This document shows, in pieces, positions 22,762 through 33,271 of a stretch of 64,000 nucleotides of DNA (position 1 is the first letter of the stretch; each line of letters begins with the position of its first letter). The stretch covers positions 544,001 to 608,000 of the forward strand of contig CAVVJT010000010.1 in the NCBI GenBank assembly GCA_963748625.1, written 5' to 3'. The position numbers and the translations under genes were made by a program. This DNA is from an uncultured Chloroflexia bacterium. GTDB lineage: Bacteria; Chloroflexota; Limnocylindria; Limnocylindrales; CSP1-4. A model generated the notes under the pieces. The model searched no databases. It saw nothing but the letters and a program-made list of their open reading frames with translations, and was not told the origin of the DNA.

Positions 22762-24429
22762 GTGAACCTCGGGCGAGCCCGATGGCTGACGCTCCTCGCG
22801 CTCAGCCTCGGCATCTCCATGATCATCGTCGATGCCACCATCGTGAACGTCGCGATCCCCTCCATCGTACGGGACCTCGGGCTGGACGCGTCCGGCGCCG
22901 AGTGGATCGTCTCGATCTATCCCCTCGTCTTCGCGGCCCTCCTGATCACCTTCGGGCGGCTCGGTGACGTCTTCGGACGCAAGCGGCTGTACATCTTCGG
23001 CCTGCTCACGTTCACGGGCGCATCGCTCCTCGCTGGCATGGCCCCGACGGGACCCCTCCTCATCGCCGCCCGGGTCCTCCAGGGTGTCGGAGGTGCAGCG
23101 ATTGCCCCGGCCACGCAGTCCATCCTCAATGCCACCTTCCGGGGCAAGGAGCGCGCGATCGCGTTCGCGGTCTACGGGTCCGTGATCGGCGGTATGGCCG
23201 CCCTCGGCCCGCTCCTCGGCGGCTGGTTGACCACCTACTTCAGCTGGCGCCTCGCGTTCCTGATCAACCTCCCGATCGGGGCGGTCGCCCTTGCGGCCAC
23301 GCTGCTCTGGGTGGTCGAATCCAAGGACGAGCAAGCCCGCCGCGGCTTCGACGCCCCAGGCTTCGCAACGCTGACGCTCGGCCTGACCGCCGTGGTCTTC
23401 GCCCTCATCGAGGGTGTCCGGTACGGCTGGGTCGCCCCGAAGGAGGTCTTCACGATCGGGTCCTGGACCTGGCCACTGGCAGACATCTCCGTCATCCCGT
23501 TCGTGATGGCTGCGGGCATCGCGCTCCTGGTCGCGTTCGCCGCAATCGAAGTGCGCCGCCAGCGGGCGGGCATGTTCATCCTGTTCGACTTCACGCTCTG
23601 GACGAACCCGTCCTTCCGGTTCGGGAACCTCACGGCCACGATCGTCTCGCTTGGCGAGTTCGGTCTCCTCTTCGCGCTCCCGCTCTACCTGTCCGCAGTC
23701 CTCGGTTACACGGCGTTCGAGACGGGCATGGTCTTCCTCGCCCTGGCGGCCGGCTCCTTCGTGGCGGCCCCGGTCGCAGGTGGCCTCGCGCACCGGTTCG
23801 AGCCGAGGCGCGTCGTCCAGATCGGGATGGCGCTCGAGACGGCAGGCGTCCTGGGCACGGCGCTCCTGCTCTCGCCGTCCGTCAACGGACTCGTGCTCGC
23901 GCTGCCGCTGTTCGTCTACGGCATGGGTGTCGGGTTCGCCACTGCCCAGCTGGCCAACGTGGTCCTCGGCGACATCGCCCCGGAGAAGTCGGGCCTCGCG
24001 TCCGGCGCCAACTCCACGATGCGCCAGGTCGGGACGGCGATCGGGGCAGCCCTGATCGGCACCATCCTGCTGACCGGCCTGTCGAACGGGGTGCGCGACG
24101 GCCTCGCCGAGGTCCCGGGGCTCCCCGCGGGCGCAGCCGGACAGGTCGCCACGGCGATCGAGTCCTCCAATGGCCAGGCGCTCATCGGCATGCGCACCGA
24201 TGCGCGGACCGCCGCGGTCGTTCCGATCGTCGAGGACGCCTTCACCGATGCCGCCCGCAGCGCGGCGCTGGTGGCGGCCGGGTTCATCGGCCTCGGCCTG
24301 GCGTTCTCGCTCCTGCTGCCGGCCAGCGGCACCCGGGAGACCGAGCGCGAGATCGCCCTCGAGACGGCGCCCGAGGGCCTCGACCCGCGACGCGGCCGGC
24401 TAGCGCCGGTGCCGGCCGCGATCGACTGA
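22762..24429 (+). CDS. MFS drug:H+ antiporter (DHA2, EmrB/QacA-like)
   Basis: DATIVNVAIP, GRLGDVFGRKR, RVLQGVGGA, GPLLGG..WRLAFLINLPIG; many TM segments. Confidence 0.9.
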   Translation: MNLGRARWLTLLALSLGISMIIVDATIVNVAIPSIVRDLGLDASGAEWIVSIYPLVFAALLITFGRLGDVFGRKRLYIFGLLTFTGASLLAGMAPTGPLLIAARVLQGVGGAAIAPATQSILNATFRGKERAIAFAVYGSVIGGMAALGPLLGGWLTTYFSWRLAFLINLPIGAVALAATLLWVVESKDEQARRGFDAPGFATLTLGLTAVVFALIEGVRYGWVAPKEVFTIGSWTWPLADISVIPFVMAAGIALLVAFAAIEVRRQRAGMFILFDFTLWTNPSFRFGNLTATIVSLGEFGLLFALPLYLSAVLGYTAFETGMVFLALAAGSFVAAPVAGGLAHRFEPRRVVQIGMALETAGVLGTALLLSPSVNGLVLALPLFVYGMGVGFATAQLANVVLGDIAPEKSGLASGANSTMRQVGTAIGAALIGTILLTGLSNGVRDGLAEVPGLPAGAAGQVATAIESSNGQALIGMRTDARTAAVVPIVEDAFTDAARSAALVAAGFIGLGLAFSLLLPASGTRETEREIALETAPEGLDPRRGRLAPVPAAID

Positions 24430-24483
24430 CCTGCTCGTCCACCTGGGGACCGGGCCCGTGGGCGCAAGCCGGCGGGCCTGCGG

Positions 24484-25977
24484 TCAGCCTGCGGCGCCTG
24501 TCGCCTCCTGCACGCGCGCCGCCGCATGCGCCAGGTCCTTGGTGGCCGGGTACAGCTCGCGGTAGACGCGATACAGCTCCGCGTACCGGTCTGCGGCGGC
24601 CGGATCGGGCTGCAGGACCTCCGCGGGCGGGTTCCAGCGGACGTCGCGGGCGACCACGCCGGCGCCCAGGCCCGCCAGGTACGCGTCGCCATACGACGCC
24701 CCCACGGTGATCTGCGGGACCACCTGGGCAACCCCGGTGACATCGGTGACCACCTGGGTCCACAGGCTGCTCTTCGTGCCACCGCCCACCGCGACCAGGC
24801 GCTTGGGCGTGGCCCCCACGCTCGCCATCACCTCGAGGTTGTGGCGCACCTCGTAGGCCGTGCCCTCCAGGATTGCCCGGTAGATGTGACCGCGGGTGTG
24901 CGACAGCGTCAGGCCGAAGAGCATCCCGCGTGCCGCCGGGTCGAAGATCGGCGAGCGGGCCATGCCGAAGAACGGGACGACGACGAGACCGTCGGCGCCC
25001 GCAGGGGTCGCTGCCGCCTCCGGGATCAGCGTGTCGAAGTCCGACTGCAGGACGTCCTTGAGCCAGACGGTGAGCCCACCGGATGTCGAGAGGCCTGCGG
25101 CGTACGTCGGGGCGCCCTCGAAGACGCCCTGCGTGCTCCAGATCGCGGCCTCGGGACTGAACGCGCTCGACACCTCGGTCATGAACATCGTGGTGCCGTA
25201 CATGAGCATGGCGTCGCCGGGGTCGCGGACGCCCGCGCTGAGCGCCTCCGCCCAGGCATCGATGGTGCCCGCCGCAACGGGCGTGCCCTCCGGGATGCCG
25301 GTCGCCTCGGCGCCGGCCGCATGCACCCGGCCCACGATCTCGTCGGACCATGCGAGGCGGGGCAGGCGCAGGCCCGGCGCGGTCTCGGCCGCCCAGTCCT
25401 CCGCCCAGGACGCCGTCGTCATGTCGTAGAGCGGATCCATCTGGCTGGCCGAGTGGTGGTCCAGCACGTACTCGCCGGTGAGCCGCTCGATGATCAGCGA
25501 GTTGGCCATGTGGAACCGCGCCATGCGGGCCCAGGTCTCGGGCTCGTGGCGCCGGATCCAGAGCAGCTTGGCGCCGCCCGCCTGCGAGGTGAGCAGGGTT
25601 CCACCGCGCGCCAGGATGGCCGCCTCGCCGTACCGCGCGGTGAGCTCGTCCACCTCGGCCATCGCGCGGGTGTCGATGCCGTACAGGATCGCGGGGCGCA
25701 GGGCGGCGCCGGCCTCGTCCACCGGGAGCACGGCCGGGCCGATGCCGCTCGAGCAGACCGCCACGACGGTGCCGTGACCGCCGGAGGTGAGCTCGCGCGC
25801 AATCGCGACGAAGTCGCCCCACCAGGTCGCCTCCCCGTCGTGCTCCGCCCAGCCCGGCTTGGGCAGGGAGAGGCCGTGCGGGCGCTGGACGGTCGCGACG
25901 ATCGTCCCGTCCGGCCGGACGAGGACGCCCTTGGAGCTGGCGGTGCCGATGTCGATGCCGAGCAGCAGGTCGGTCAT
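24484..25977 (-). CDS. FGGY family carbohydrate kinase
   Basis: LGIDIGTASSK, GWAEHD, ILYGIDTRA, YRAILEG, AVGGG. Confidence 0.9.
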   Translation of the reverse strand: MTDLLLGIDIGTASSKGVLVRPDGTIVATVQRPHGLSLPKPGWAEHDGEATWWGDFVAIARELTSGGHGTVVAVCSSGIGPAVLPVDEAGAALRPAILYGIDTRAMAEVDELTARYGEAAILARGGTLLTSQAGGAKLLWIRRHEPETWARMARFHMANSLIIERLTGEYVLDHHSASQMDPLYDMTTASWAEDWAAETAPGLRLPRLAWSDEIVGRVHAAGAEATGIPEGTPVAAGTIDAWAEALSAGVRDPGDAMLMYGTTMFMTEVSSAFSPEAAIWSTQGVFEGAPTYAAGLSTSGGLTVWLKDVLQSDFDTLIPEAAATPAGADGLVVVPFFGMARSPIFDPAARGMLFGLTLSHTRGHIYRAILEGTAYEVRHNLEVMASVGATPKRLVAVGGGTKSSLWTQVVTDVTGVAQVVPQITVGASYGDAYLAGLGAGVVARDVRWNPPAEVLQPDPAAADRYAELYRVYRELYPATKDLAHAAARVQEATGAAG

Positions 25978-26061
25978 GGGTGGGTCTCGCGCTTGGGTTA
26001 GGGGGAGACGGAAGGCCGCCGGACGCCCGGAGGGGCTGGGCGCCCGGCGGCAGGATGCACG

Positions 26062-27867
26062 CTACTTGCGTCCGTAGAGCGGGCCGAAGTTGGCGCAGGC
26101 ACGGAAGTCCGCACCCTCGGGATCGGCCGTCCCCAGGTTCGCCCAGGCGGACGGCCGGAAGACGTCCTCCTCGGGCACGTTGTGCATGTGGACCGGGATC
26201 CGCAGCACGGACGCCAGTGAGATCAGGTCCGCGCCGATGTGGCCGAAGCTGATCGCGCCGTGGTTGGCGGCCCAGTTGGCCATCACGGTGTACACGTCCC
26301 GGAAGGGCCCCTCGCCCGTGGTCCGCGGCACGAACCAGTGGGTGGGCCAGGTCGGGTTGGTCCGCTTGTCCAGGATGTCGTGGACCTCCTTCGGGAGCTC
26401 CACCGTCCAGCCCTCGGCGATCTGGAGGACCGGCCCGTGGCCGCTCACCAGGTTGATCCGGGCCATGGTGACGGGCATGCCGCCCTTGGACACGAACTGG
26501 CTGGAGTAGCCGCCGCCGCGGAAGTAGCCGCGGTCGGCCGGGTACCACGTGGTGGCCGCCTGGGCCGCCTCCACGTCAGCCTCCGTGATCTCCCAGTAGG
26601 GCTTCATCGCGGGCTTGCCGTCCGCGTCGGTCATCGCGCCTGTCGCGTCCAGGGTGGCAGCCCCCGAGTTGATCAGGTGGATGAAGCCGTCGGCGGCGAG
26701 GCCGTCGGGCTTGTAGCCGGTGACCCGCTCTACCGCCTCGGGGCTCCAGTACGTCCGTACGTCGGCGAAGATCTGGGCCCGGTTGGTGAGCAGGTACATG
26801 AGGAGCATCGTCGCGCCGTTGAGCGAGTCGTTCTCGGTCGCGAAGATGTGCGGCGCACGGATGCCGTTCCAGTCGAAGCTGGAGTTGAGGATGGCCTCCA
26901 TGAAGTCGCCGTTGGGGCTGTGGTCGGTCCAGTGGCGCTGGCCCTGGAAGCCGCCGAGGATGGCGTTGCGCCCCATCGCCTCCTCCTTGTGGCCCAGCTC
27001 CGCCAGGCGCGGGTTGCCGACCAGGAGGTCACGGGTGATGAGGAACATCTTGACGACGGTCGCCCAGTCGGCGTCAAGCTCCTCGCGCGTCTTCTGCTTC
27101 TCGGGCACGTTGATGTCGGCGCCCTCGCGGCAGTTCGCCTTGGTCCAGGCGAGGCCCTGCTCGAGCTCGGCCGGGTCGTAGATGGTCTCCTCGAGCCGGC
27201 GGTAGATCTCGGACATGTCCACGGCTTCCACGCGCATGCCCAGGTACTTCTCGAAGAACGGCTGGTCCACGATGGAGCCCGCGATGCCCATCGAGACGCC
27301 GCCCAGGGACAGGTACGACTTGCCGCGCATGATCGCCACGGCGAGCCCGGCCTTCGCGAAGCGCAGGATCCTGGCCGCCACGTCGTCAGGGATGGTGCCG
27401 TCGGTGGCGTCCTGGACGTTGCGTCCGTAGATGCCGAACGCGGGCAGGCCCTTCTGGGTATGGGCGGCGAGGACGGCGGCGAGGTAGACGGCACCCGGTC
27501 GCTCGGTGCCGTTGAAGCCCCAGACCGCCTTGGGCGTCAGGGGGTCCATGTCCATGGTCTCGGAGCCGTAGCACCAGCAGGGCGTGATGGTCAGGGAGAC
27601 GCCGACGCCCTCCTTGCGGAACAGCTCGGCGACCTTGGCGGCCTCGTACACGCCGCCGATGTTGTGGTCCGGCACCACGCACTCGACGGGGCTGCCGTCG
27701 GGATAGCGCAGGGTGCTGCTGATGAGCTCCGCCGTGCGGAGCGCCATGTTGCGGGTCTGGACCTCGAGCGACTCGCGGACGCCGTGGAACCGGCCATCGA
27801 CGGCCGGGCGGATCCCGATCTTGGGCCAGTCACCGACGAAACGGCCGGAGGTGTTGACGCTGGTCAT
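26062..27867 (-). CDS. fucI: L-fucose isomerase
   Basis: [68 protein letters not shown]. Confidence 0.95.
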   Translation of the reverse strand: MTSVNTSGRFVGDWPKIGIRPAVDGRFHGVRESLEVQTRNMALRTAELISSTLRYPDGSPVECVVPDHNIGGVYEAAKVAELFRKEGVGVSLTITPCWCYGSETMDMDPLTPKAVWGFNGTERPGAVYLAAVLAAHTQKGLPAFGIYGRNVQDATDGTIPDDVAARILRFAKAGLAVAIMRGKSYLSLGGVSMGIAGSIVDQPFFEKYLGMRVEAVDMSEIYRRLEETIYDPAELEQGLAWTKANCREGADINVPEKQKTREELDADWATVVKMFLITRDLLVGNPRLAELGHKEEAMGRNAILGGFQGQRHWTDHSPNGDFMEAILNSSFDWNGIRAPHIFATENDSLNGATMLLMYLLTNRAQIFADVRTYWSPEAVERVTGYKPDGLAADGFIHLINSGAATLDATGAMTDADGKPAMKPYWEITEADVEAAQAATTWYPADRGYFRGGGYSSQFVSKGGMPVTMARINLVSGHGPVLQIAEGWTVELPKEVHDILDKRTNPTWPTHWFVPRTTGEGPFRDVYTVMANWAANHGAISFGHIGADLISLASVLRIPVHMHNVPEEDVFRPSAWANLGTADPEGADFRACANFGPLYGRK

Positions 27868-27915
27868 GCCATGCCTCGTGTGGAGGGACGCGGGAAGGGT
27901 TGCTCGCCTGCGGCC

Positions 27916-28335
27916 CTAGTCGGGCATCACCACGCCGATGGTGAGCAGGATGTTCGCGTAGATCCGCTGCTCGCCGGTGGCGATGGCGAGGGCGCAGTCG
28001 GCGCTGCGGGCCATGTCGTAGAACTCGAACCGCCCGAGGCGCTCGAGCTCGTTGTCCGGCAGCATGCGCCGGAAATCCTCGTAGATCGACGGCTCGGAAC
28101 CGTCGTCGGGGCCCATGACGTAGGCAGCCTCGACGGGGATCGCCTCGGCGATCACGTCGAGGACGTCGGTGACGGTGAGCTTGCCGGGCTCGAGGTTGAG
28201 GAAGACGCGGTAGGCGTCGGGGTTGGAGCGCGTCGCGAGCGGGTAGTTGCCGTCCGCGATGAGGACCTGGGCGCCATGACCGGCCTCACCCAGTGCGGCG
28301 AGGATCTCGGGATGGAGCAGGCGGGTCTTGAGCAT
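27916..28335 (-). CDS. RbsD/FucU family sugar mutarotase
   Basis: GHGAQVLIADGNYP, RFEFYD, ATGEQRIYANILLTIGV; adjacent to fucI. Confidence 0.88.
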   Translation of the reverse strand: MLKTRLLHPEILAALGEAGHGAQVLIADGNYPLATRSNPDAYRVFLNLEPGKLTVTDVLDVIAEAIPVEAAYVMGPDDGSEPSIYEDFRRMLPDNELERLGRFEFYDMARSADCALAIATGEQRIYANILLTIGVVMPD

Positions 28336-28347
28336 GGGGTCTCCTCG

Positions 28348-29388
28348 TTAGGCGGCAGGGTCGAACACGATCTTGCGGTGGGTGATGCTGTGGTCGCCGA
28401 TGCGGGCGAACACCTCGGGTGCCTCGGAGAGGCCGAAGCGGTGCGAGATCATCGCGGGCATGTCGAGGCCGCCATCGAGGACGGCGGCGAGGCTGTCGGT
28501 CCACTCGTGCCCGGGCCAGGGCGCCGAGTAGGACATGAAGCAGCCTGCGAGGGTGAGCTCCCGGCGCATCAGCGCCTCGACGAAGCTCATGGGCAGCGAC
28601 GCGTCGGCGGGCTGGTTGCCGCCCAGGACGACGGCGCCGCGCGGGCGGGTGACCTCCACCACCGACGCCAGCGCGGCCGGCGATCCTGAGGCCTCGAGCG
28701 CGAGGTCCACGCCCGCGCCGGTCAGGCGGCGCACCTCGTCGGTGACGGCGTCGCGCGTCGGGTTGAGGGCCACGTGGGCCCCGAGCGCCCGGGCCGCCTC
28801 GAGGTTGGCATCCGCCACGTCGGTCACGATGATCGTGCCCGCGTGCAGCACGCGCAGCCACTGGACCAGCATCAGGCCGATCGATCCTGCGCCCAGGACG
28901 ATCGCGGACATGCCGGGCGCCATGCCCCCGAGGTCCAGTATGTGGCGGGCGACCGTCGCGGGCTCGATGAGCGCCGCCTGCTCGAACGGCAGGTCATCCG
29001 GGACGGGCAGCACGTTGGCGGCCGGCACGACCACCTGCTGGGCGAAGGCGCCGGCACGGCGGGAGCCCACGAAGGTGTACGACGGGCACGCGGAGAACCG
29101 GCCGGCCCGGCACTGCTCGCAGGTGTGGTCCGGGATCAGCGGCACGAGGGCGGCGCGGCGGCCCAGCAACGTGGTGTCAACCCCGGCGCCCACCTGCTCG
29201 ATGATGCCCGCCGCCTCGTGGCCGAGGATCACCGGGTACTCGCGATGACCCCGCACGTACCGGTGGATGTCGGAGCCACAGATGGCGACCGCCCTGACAG
29301 CGAGGCGGACTTCACCCGGCCCGACCACCGGATCGGGGACATCCCGGTACGCGAGGACGCCCTGGCCCTCGAGGATCGCAGCCCTCAT
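28348..29388 (-). CDS. Zn-dependent sugar/polyol(-phosphate) dehydrogenase (galactitol-1-P dehydrogenase-like)
   Basis: ICGSD, GHE, CEQC..C, IEP, GAGSIG, SYSAPWPG. Start MRAAIL at 29388 overlaps the upstream stop (ATGA). Confidence 0.85.
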   Translation of the reverse strand: MRAAILEGQGVLAYRDVPDPVVGPGEVRLAVRAVAICGSDIHRYVRGHREYPVILGHEAAGIIEQVGAGVDTTLLGRRAALVPLIPDHTCEQCRAGRFSACPSYTFVGSRRAGAFAQQVVVPAANVLPVPDDLPFEQAALIEPATVARHILDLGGMAPGMSAIVLGAGSIGLMLVQWLRVLHAGTIIVTDVADANLEAARALGAHVALNPTRDAVTDEVRRLTGAGVDLALEASGSPAALASVVEVTRPRGAVVLGGNQPADASLPMSFVEALMRRELTLAGCFMSYSAPWPGHEWTDSLAAVLDGGLDMPAMISHRFGLSEAPEVFARIGDHSITHRKIVFDPAA

Positions 29389-30902
29389 GCGACATCTCCG
29401 GTGCTGGTGATCGCCGCGAGGCGGTCGAACTGGGGAAGGAGGCCCCGGGAGACACCGTGCCAGACCTCGAAGAGCTCCGCGTAGCGGGCATGCCGGGCAG
29501 GATCCGGCTCGTGGACGGTGCGCTCCGGCAGCAGACGCTCGACGGTGCTCGCGGGGTCGCCGGCCAGGCCGGCCGCTGCTGCCCCGAGGGCGAACAGCCC
29601 CAGGCCGTGGCCACCCTCCCCTCCCCCGGCCCTCCTGGCGACCGTGAAGGGACGGCCGGTCACGTCGGCCTTGACCTGGTTCCACAGCGGGCTGCGCGCT
29701 GCGCCGCCCTGGCCGAGCCACGCGCTGACCTCGAACCCGATCGCCTCGGCGAGGCGGAGGTTGTCGAGGACGGCGAAGGCACAACCCTCCATCACGGCGC
29801 GCAGCATGTCGGCCCGGGTGGTGCTGTAGGTCATGCCGAGGAAGACGCCACGCGGCGTGCTGCTCCAGAGCGGCGTGCGCTCGCCGGCGAGATAGGGCAG
29901 GAAGAGGACGGCGTTGGCGCCCGCGGGCGAGCTGGCGGCCTCGGCCGTGACCTCGTCGAACGTGAGCTCCCCGGCACCCGCCACGCCCCGGAACCAGGCG
30001 AGCGCGCCGCCGCCCACCGTGCCGCTCTGCAGGAGCCACTGCCCCGGCAGCACGTGGTGGCTCAGGATCAGCCGCGGCTCCACGGCCACGTGGTCGATCG
30101 CCATGCCCATGCCGCCTGCCGACCCACCCTGGTCCTGCGTGAGGCCGGGCCTCGTGACGCCACCACCGAGCGCCCCCACGGCGGCGTCGAGACCGCCCAC
30201 CAGGACCCGGGTGCCCTGCGCCAGCCCCGTCGCCTCTGCAGCCGCCGCCGTCACCGTGCCTGCGACATCCCCCGTCCATCCGAGCGGCGGCAGCATCTCG
30301 GGCGCGATCCCCAGGCGTGTCGCCGCCCCGGCGTCCCACGCTCCCTCGGTGATCGAGAAGCAGTGGAACCCGTATGCCTGGGTCAGGTCGCAGGTCGCCT
30401 CGCCGGTGAGCCGGGCGACGAGGTAGCCCGAGGCCGTGAGCAGCCAGCGTGTCGCGTCGAGCACATCCGGACGATGGCGCGCGAGCCACGCGATCTTGGG
30501 CGTGATGTAGGCGGCGTCGAGCGGATTGCCGGCGAGCGTGACCAGCGAGTCCGCATCCGACCGGGCGCGGAGCTCGGCCGCCTCGTCCCCTGCGCGCCGG
30601 TCGAGCCACGTCATGGCCGGCGCGAGCGGTGCGAGCGCCGCATCCACGGGGACCAGCGTCCAGCCGATCCCGTCGAGCGCGACCACGGCGATGTCGGCTG
30701 GCGCCACACCCGAGCGGGCCATGACCTCGCGCACCGTCACGCACAGGGCGTCCCACCACCGGTCGGGATGGATCTCCGCCCACAGCGGGTACGGGCGATC
30801 CAGGAGGTACGGCGCGCTCGCCTCCGCGAGCAGCCCGCCGTCCGCGTCCCACAGTGCGGTCTTGGTGGACGAGGTCCCCTGGTCGATGGTCAGGACATGC
30901 AT
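29385..30902 (-). CDS. FGGY family carbohydrate kinase (xylulokinase-like)
   Basis: IDQGTSSTK, WLDRRA, LPYLAGERTP, RAVMEG, GGAARSPLWNQVKADV. Start MHVLT at 30902. Confidence 0.9.
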   Translation of the reverse strand: MHVLTIDQGTSSTKTALWDADGGLLAEASAPYLLDRPYPLWAEIHPDRWWDALCVTVREVMARSGVAPADIAVVALDGIGWTLVPVDAALAPLAPAMTWLDRRAGDEAAELRARSDADSLVTLAGNPLDAAYITPKIAWLARHRPDVLDATRWLLTASGYLVARLTGEATCDLTQAYGFHCFSITEGAWDAGAATRLGIAPEMLPPLGWTGDVAGTVTAAAAEATGLAQGTRVLVGGLDAAVGALGGGVTRPGLTQDQGGSAGGMGMAIDHVAVEPRLILSHHVLPGQWLLQSGTVGGGALAWFRGVAGAGELTFDEVTAEAASSPAGANAVLFLPYLAGERTPLWSSTPRGVFLGMTYSTTRADMLRAVMEGCAFAVLDNLRLAEAIGFEVSAWLGQGGAARSPLWNQVKADVTGRPFTVARRAGGGEGGHGLGLFALGAAAAGLAGDPASTVERLLPERTVHEPDPARHARYAELFEVWHGVSRGLLPQFDRLAAITSTGDVA

Positions 30903-30924
30903 GGCGGAAGCGGTTCGATCGCGA

Positions 30925-31941
30925 TCAGGCCGGCGTGATCTCGCCGTCAGGGTCCCAGAGATCCTCCCAGGCCTGGTCCGCCCTCCACAGGAAGACGTGG
31001 CCCTTGATGAGGCGGCATCCCCGGTCGATGCCCGCGATGGCCTCCATCTCGGCGCTGGTGAGGGGCGCGGAGACGGCGCCGGCAAGGTTGGCCAGGATGT
31101 TGCGAGGTTTGGTCGAGAACGGGATCGGGACCTGACCGCGCTGGATCGCCCACTTGATGCAGACCACCGCCGGGTGGATGCCCAGCCGCTCGGCAGCGGC
31201 CACGATCACGGGATCCTCGATGTCGACGGAGTCATCGGCCGTGCGGTCGCGCTCAGGCCGCCCGGGTGACCCGATGGGCGAGTAGCCGATGGGCACGATC
31301 CCCTCGGCCACGACGAGGTCGAAGAGGTCGGGCTGCTGGAAGTGCGGATGCAGCTCCATCTCGTTGGCCGCCGGCCGGATGCGCGCATCGCGCAGCACGA
31401 GGCGCAGCTTGGGCACCGTCATGTTGGACGTGCCGATGTGCCGCACGAGCCCGCGATCCACGAGCTTCTCCAGCTCGCCCCAGGTCTCCATGTACCGCTC
31501 GTGGATGTAGGGCTTCGCATTGGAGTCCCGCGAGCCCACGTCCACGCCGGGCTGGTGCGTGTTGGGGAACGGCCAGTGGACCAGGAACAGGTCGAGATGG
31601 TCGAGGCGCAGGTCGCGCAGGCTCTGCTCGAAGGCGGGCGCCACGTCCGCCGGCGCATGCTGGTCGTTCCAGAGCTTGGAGGTGATCCACAGGTCATCCC
31701 GTGCGATCCCGCCGCGCTGGTGCTTCTCGAGGACCTCGCCGATCTCGGCCTCGTTGCGGTAGACCGCGGCGCAGTCGATGTGCCGGTAGCCCATGTCGAG
31801 CGCGGCATCCACGGCCGAGGCGACGAGGTCCGCCGGCGCATGGTCCGACCCGAAGGTGCCCAGCCCGATCGCCGGCATCGTCGCCCCGCCGACAAGGGTG
31901 CGCACGGGCACGAGCGCGGGGTCGATGCGGTCCACGGACAT
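30925..31941 (-). CDS. Aldo/keto reductase
   Basis: MPAIGLGTF, GYRHIDCAAVYRNE, ITSKLWN, LDLFLVHWP, IGTSN, ELHP. Confidence 0.92.
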   Translation of the reverse strand: MSVDRIDPALVPVRTLVGGATMPAIGLGTFGSDHAPADLVASAVDAALDMGYRHIDCAAVYRNEAEIGEVLEKHQRGGIARDDLWITSKLWNDQHAPADVAPAFEQSLRDLRLDHLDLFLVHWPFPNTHQPGVDVGSRDSNAKPYIHERYMETWGELEKLVDRGLVRHIGTSNMTVPKLRLVLRDARIRPAANEMELHPHFQQPDLFDLVVAEGIVPIGYSPIGSPGRPERDRTADDSVDIEDPVIVAAAERLGIHPAVVCIKWAIQRGQVPIPFSTKPRNILANLAGAVSAPLTSAEMEAIAGIDRGCRLIKGHVFLWRADQAWEDLWDPDGEITPA

Positions 31942-31984
31942 GGAAGCTCCTTCTGGCGGCGGGTCAGGCGGCCGCCGCGCGCTT

Positions 31985-33157
31985 CTAGGCGACGGCCGCC
32001 TGGCGGGCCTTCCGGCGGGTTGGCTGGACCGGAGGGACCCCCGTGACCGGCGGTGCGGACGCGGCACCGGGCAGCGGCCCGGCACCAGGCACGGCGCCCG
32101 TCCCGTCGCCCGGCACGTCACCCGGCAGGGCGGCGCCACGAGGAGGGGCGCTCGAGCGCCGGATGATCAGCTCGAACGGAAGGATCACCGACTCGCCCGA
32201 CGGCGCCTGGCTGCCGGTGATGTGGTCGAGCAGCAGCGTCGCTGCCCGGTAGCCGATCTCGTAGGCGGGCTGGCGCGCGACGGTCAGGAACGGCTCGGAG
32301 ATCCACTCCTCGGGCAGGTCGTCGAACGCGACCACCGAGATGTCGTCCGGCACCCGCAGGCCGGACTCGCGCAACGCGCGGATGGCACCGAAGCCGATGA
32401 AGTTGTTGGCGCAGAAGACTGCGGTCGGCCGTTCACCCGGTGCCTCGAGCATCTCGAGCGCCATGCGGTGGCCGTCGGCCTGGTTGCTCTTGCCGTAGTT
32501 GAAGCCGCCGTAGCGGACCAGGTCATCGGGCAGCGCCAGGCCGGCCTCTTCAAGAGCCCGGCGGGCGCCCGCGACGCGGTCCGCGGAGGTGGAGATGGTC
32601 CCGGACCCCGTGAGCACCGCGATGCGGCGGTGGCCCAGTTCGACGAGGTGCTGGACGAGGGCGTGGGCGCCGGCCTCGGAGTCGCAGCGGACGCTGTCGA
32701 CGTTGCGGGCCGCGACGCGACGGTCGATGACGACCACCGGGACGTGGTGGCCTCCAAGGAGCCGGAAGCTCTCCCCGGAGCTGCGCGCCGGGACGAGGAG
32801 CACCCCGTCGATCTGGCGCTCGATCAGCATCAGGAGGTATCGCTCCTCCTCTGCCGCATCCTCGTCGGTGTTGCAGAACATGACGGAGTAGCCGTGGCTG
32901 ACGAAGAAGTCCTCGACGCCGCGGGCGATCGTGGTGAAGAAGGGGTTGGAGATGTCCGACACCAGGAGCGCGATGGACTTGGTGCGCTTGGAGCGGAGCT
33001 GTCGGGCCAGGGCGTTGGGCACGTAGCCCAGCTCGTCGATGGCCGCCTCCACGCGGACGCGGGTCTCGGCGCTCGTGTACCCGGTGCCGTTGACGACCCG
33101 CGAGACGGTCATCGCGGAGACACCGGCGCGCTTCGCGACGTCGCTGATGGTGCTCAT
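31985..33157 (-). CDS. LacI family transcriptional regulator
   Basis: TISDVAKRAGVSAMTVSRVVN, LGYVPN..AR.L, VPDDISVVAFDD. Confidence 0.95.
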   Translation of the reverse strand: MSTISDVAKRAGVSAMTVSRVVNGTGYTSAETRVRVEAAIDELGYVPNALARQLRSKRTKSIALLVSDISNPFFTTIARGVEDFFVSHGYSVMFCNTDEDAAEEERYLLMLIERQIDGVLLVPARSSGESFRLLGGHHVPVVVIDRRVAARNVDSVRCDSEAGAHALVQHLVELGHRRIAVLTGSGTISTSADRVAGARRALEEAGLALPDDLVRYGGFNYGKSNQADGHRMALEMLEAPGERPTAVFCANNFIGFGAIRALRESGLRVPDDISVVAFDDLPEEWISEPFLTVARQPAYEIGYRAATLLLDHITGSQAPSGESVILPFELIIRRSSAPPRGAALPGDVPGDGTGAVPGAGPLPGAASAPPVTGVPPVQPTRRKARQAAVA

Positions 33158-33204
33158 CGGGAGGGTGGTACCTGGCTCGGGAGGAGGGACGGGCCGGTTG
33201 GAGT

Positions 33205-33237
33205 TCGGGGGCTGTCCGCGGTGCGGGCAGCCCCCGA
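33205..33237 (-). terminator. Stem-loop after the substrate-binding protein gene
   Basis: TCGGGGGCTGTCCGC-ggt-GCGGGCAGCCCCCGA near-perfect stem. Confidence 0.5.
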
Positions 33238-33271
33238 GACGTTCGCTCAGATCAGGCCGGAGCCGATCGGC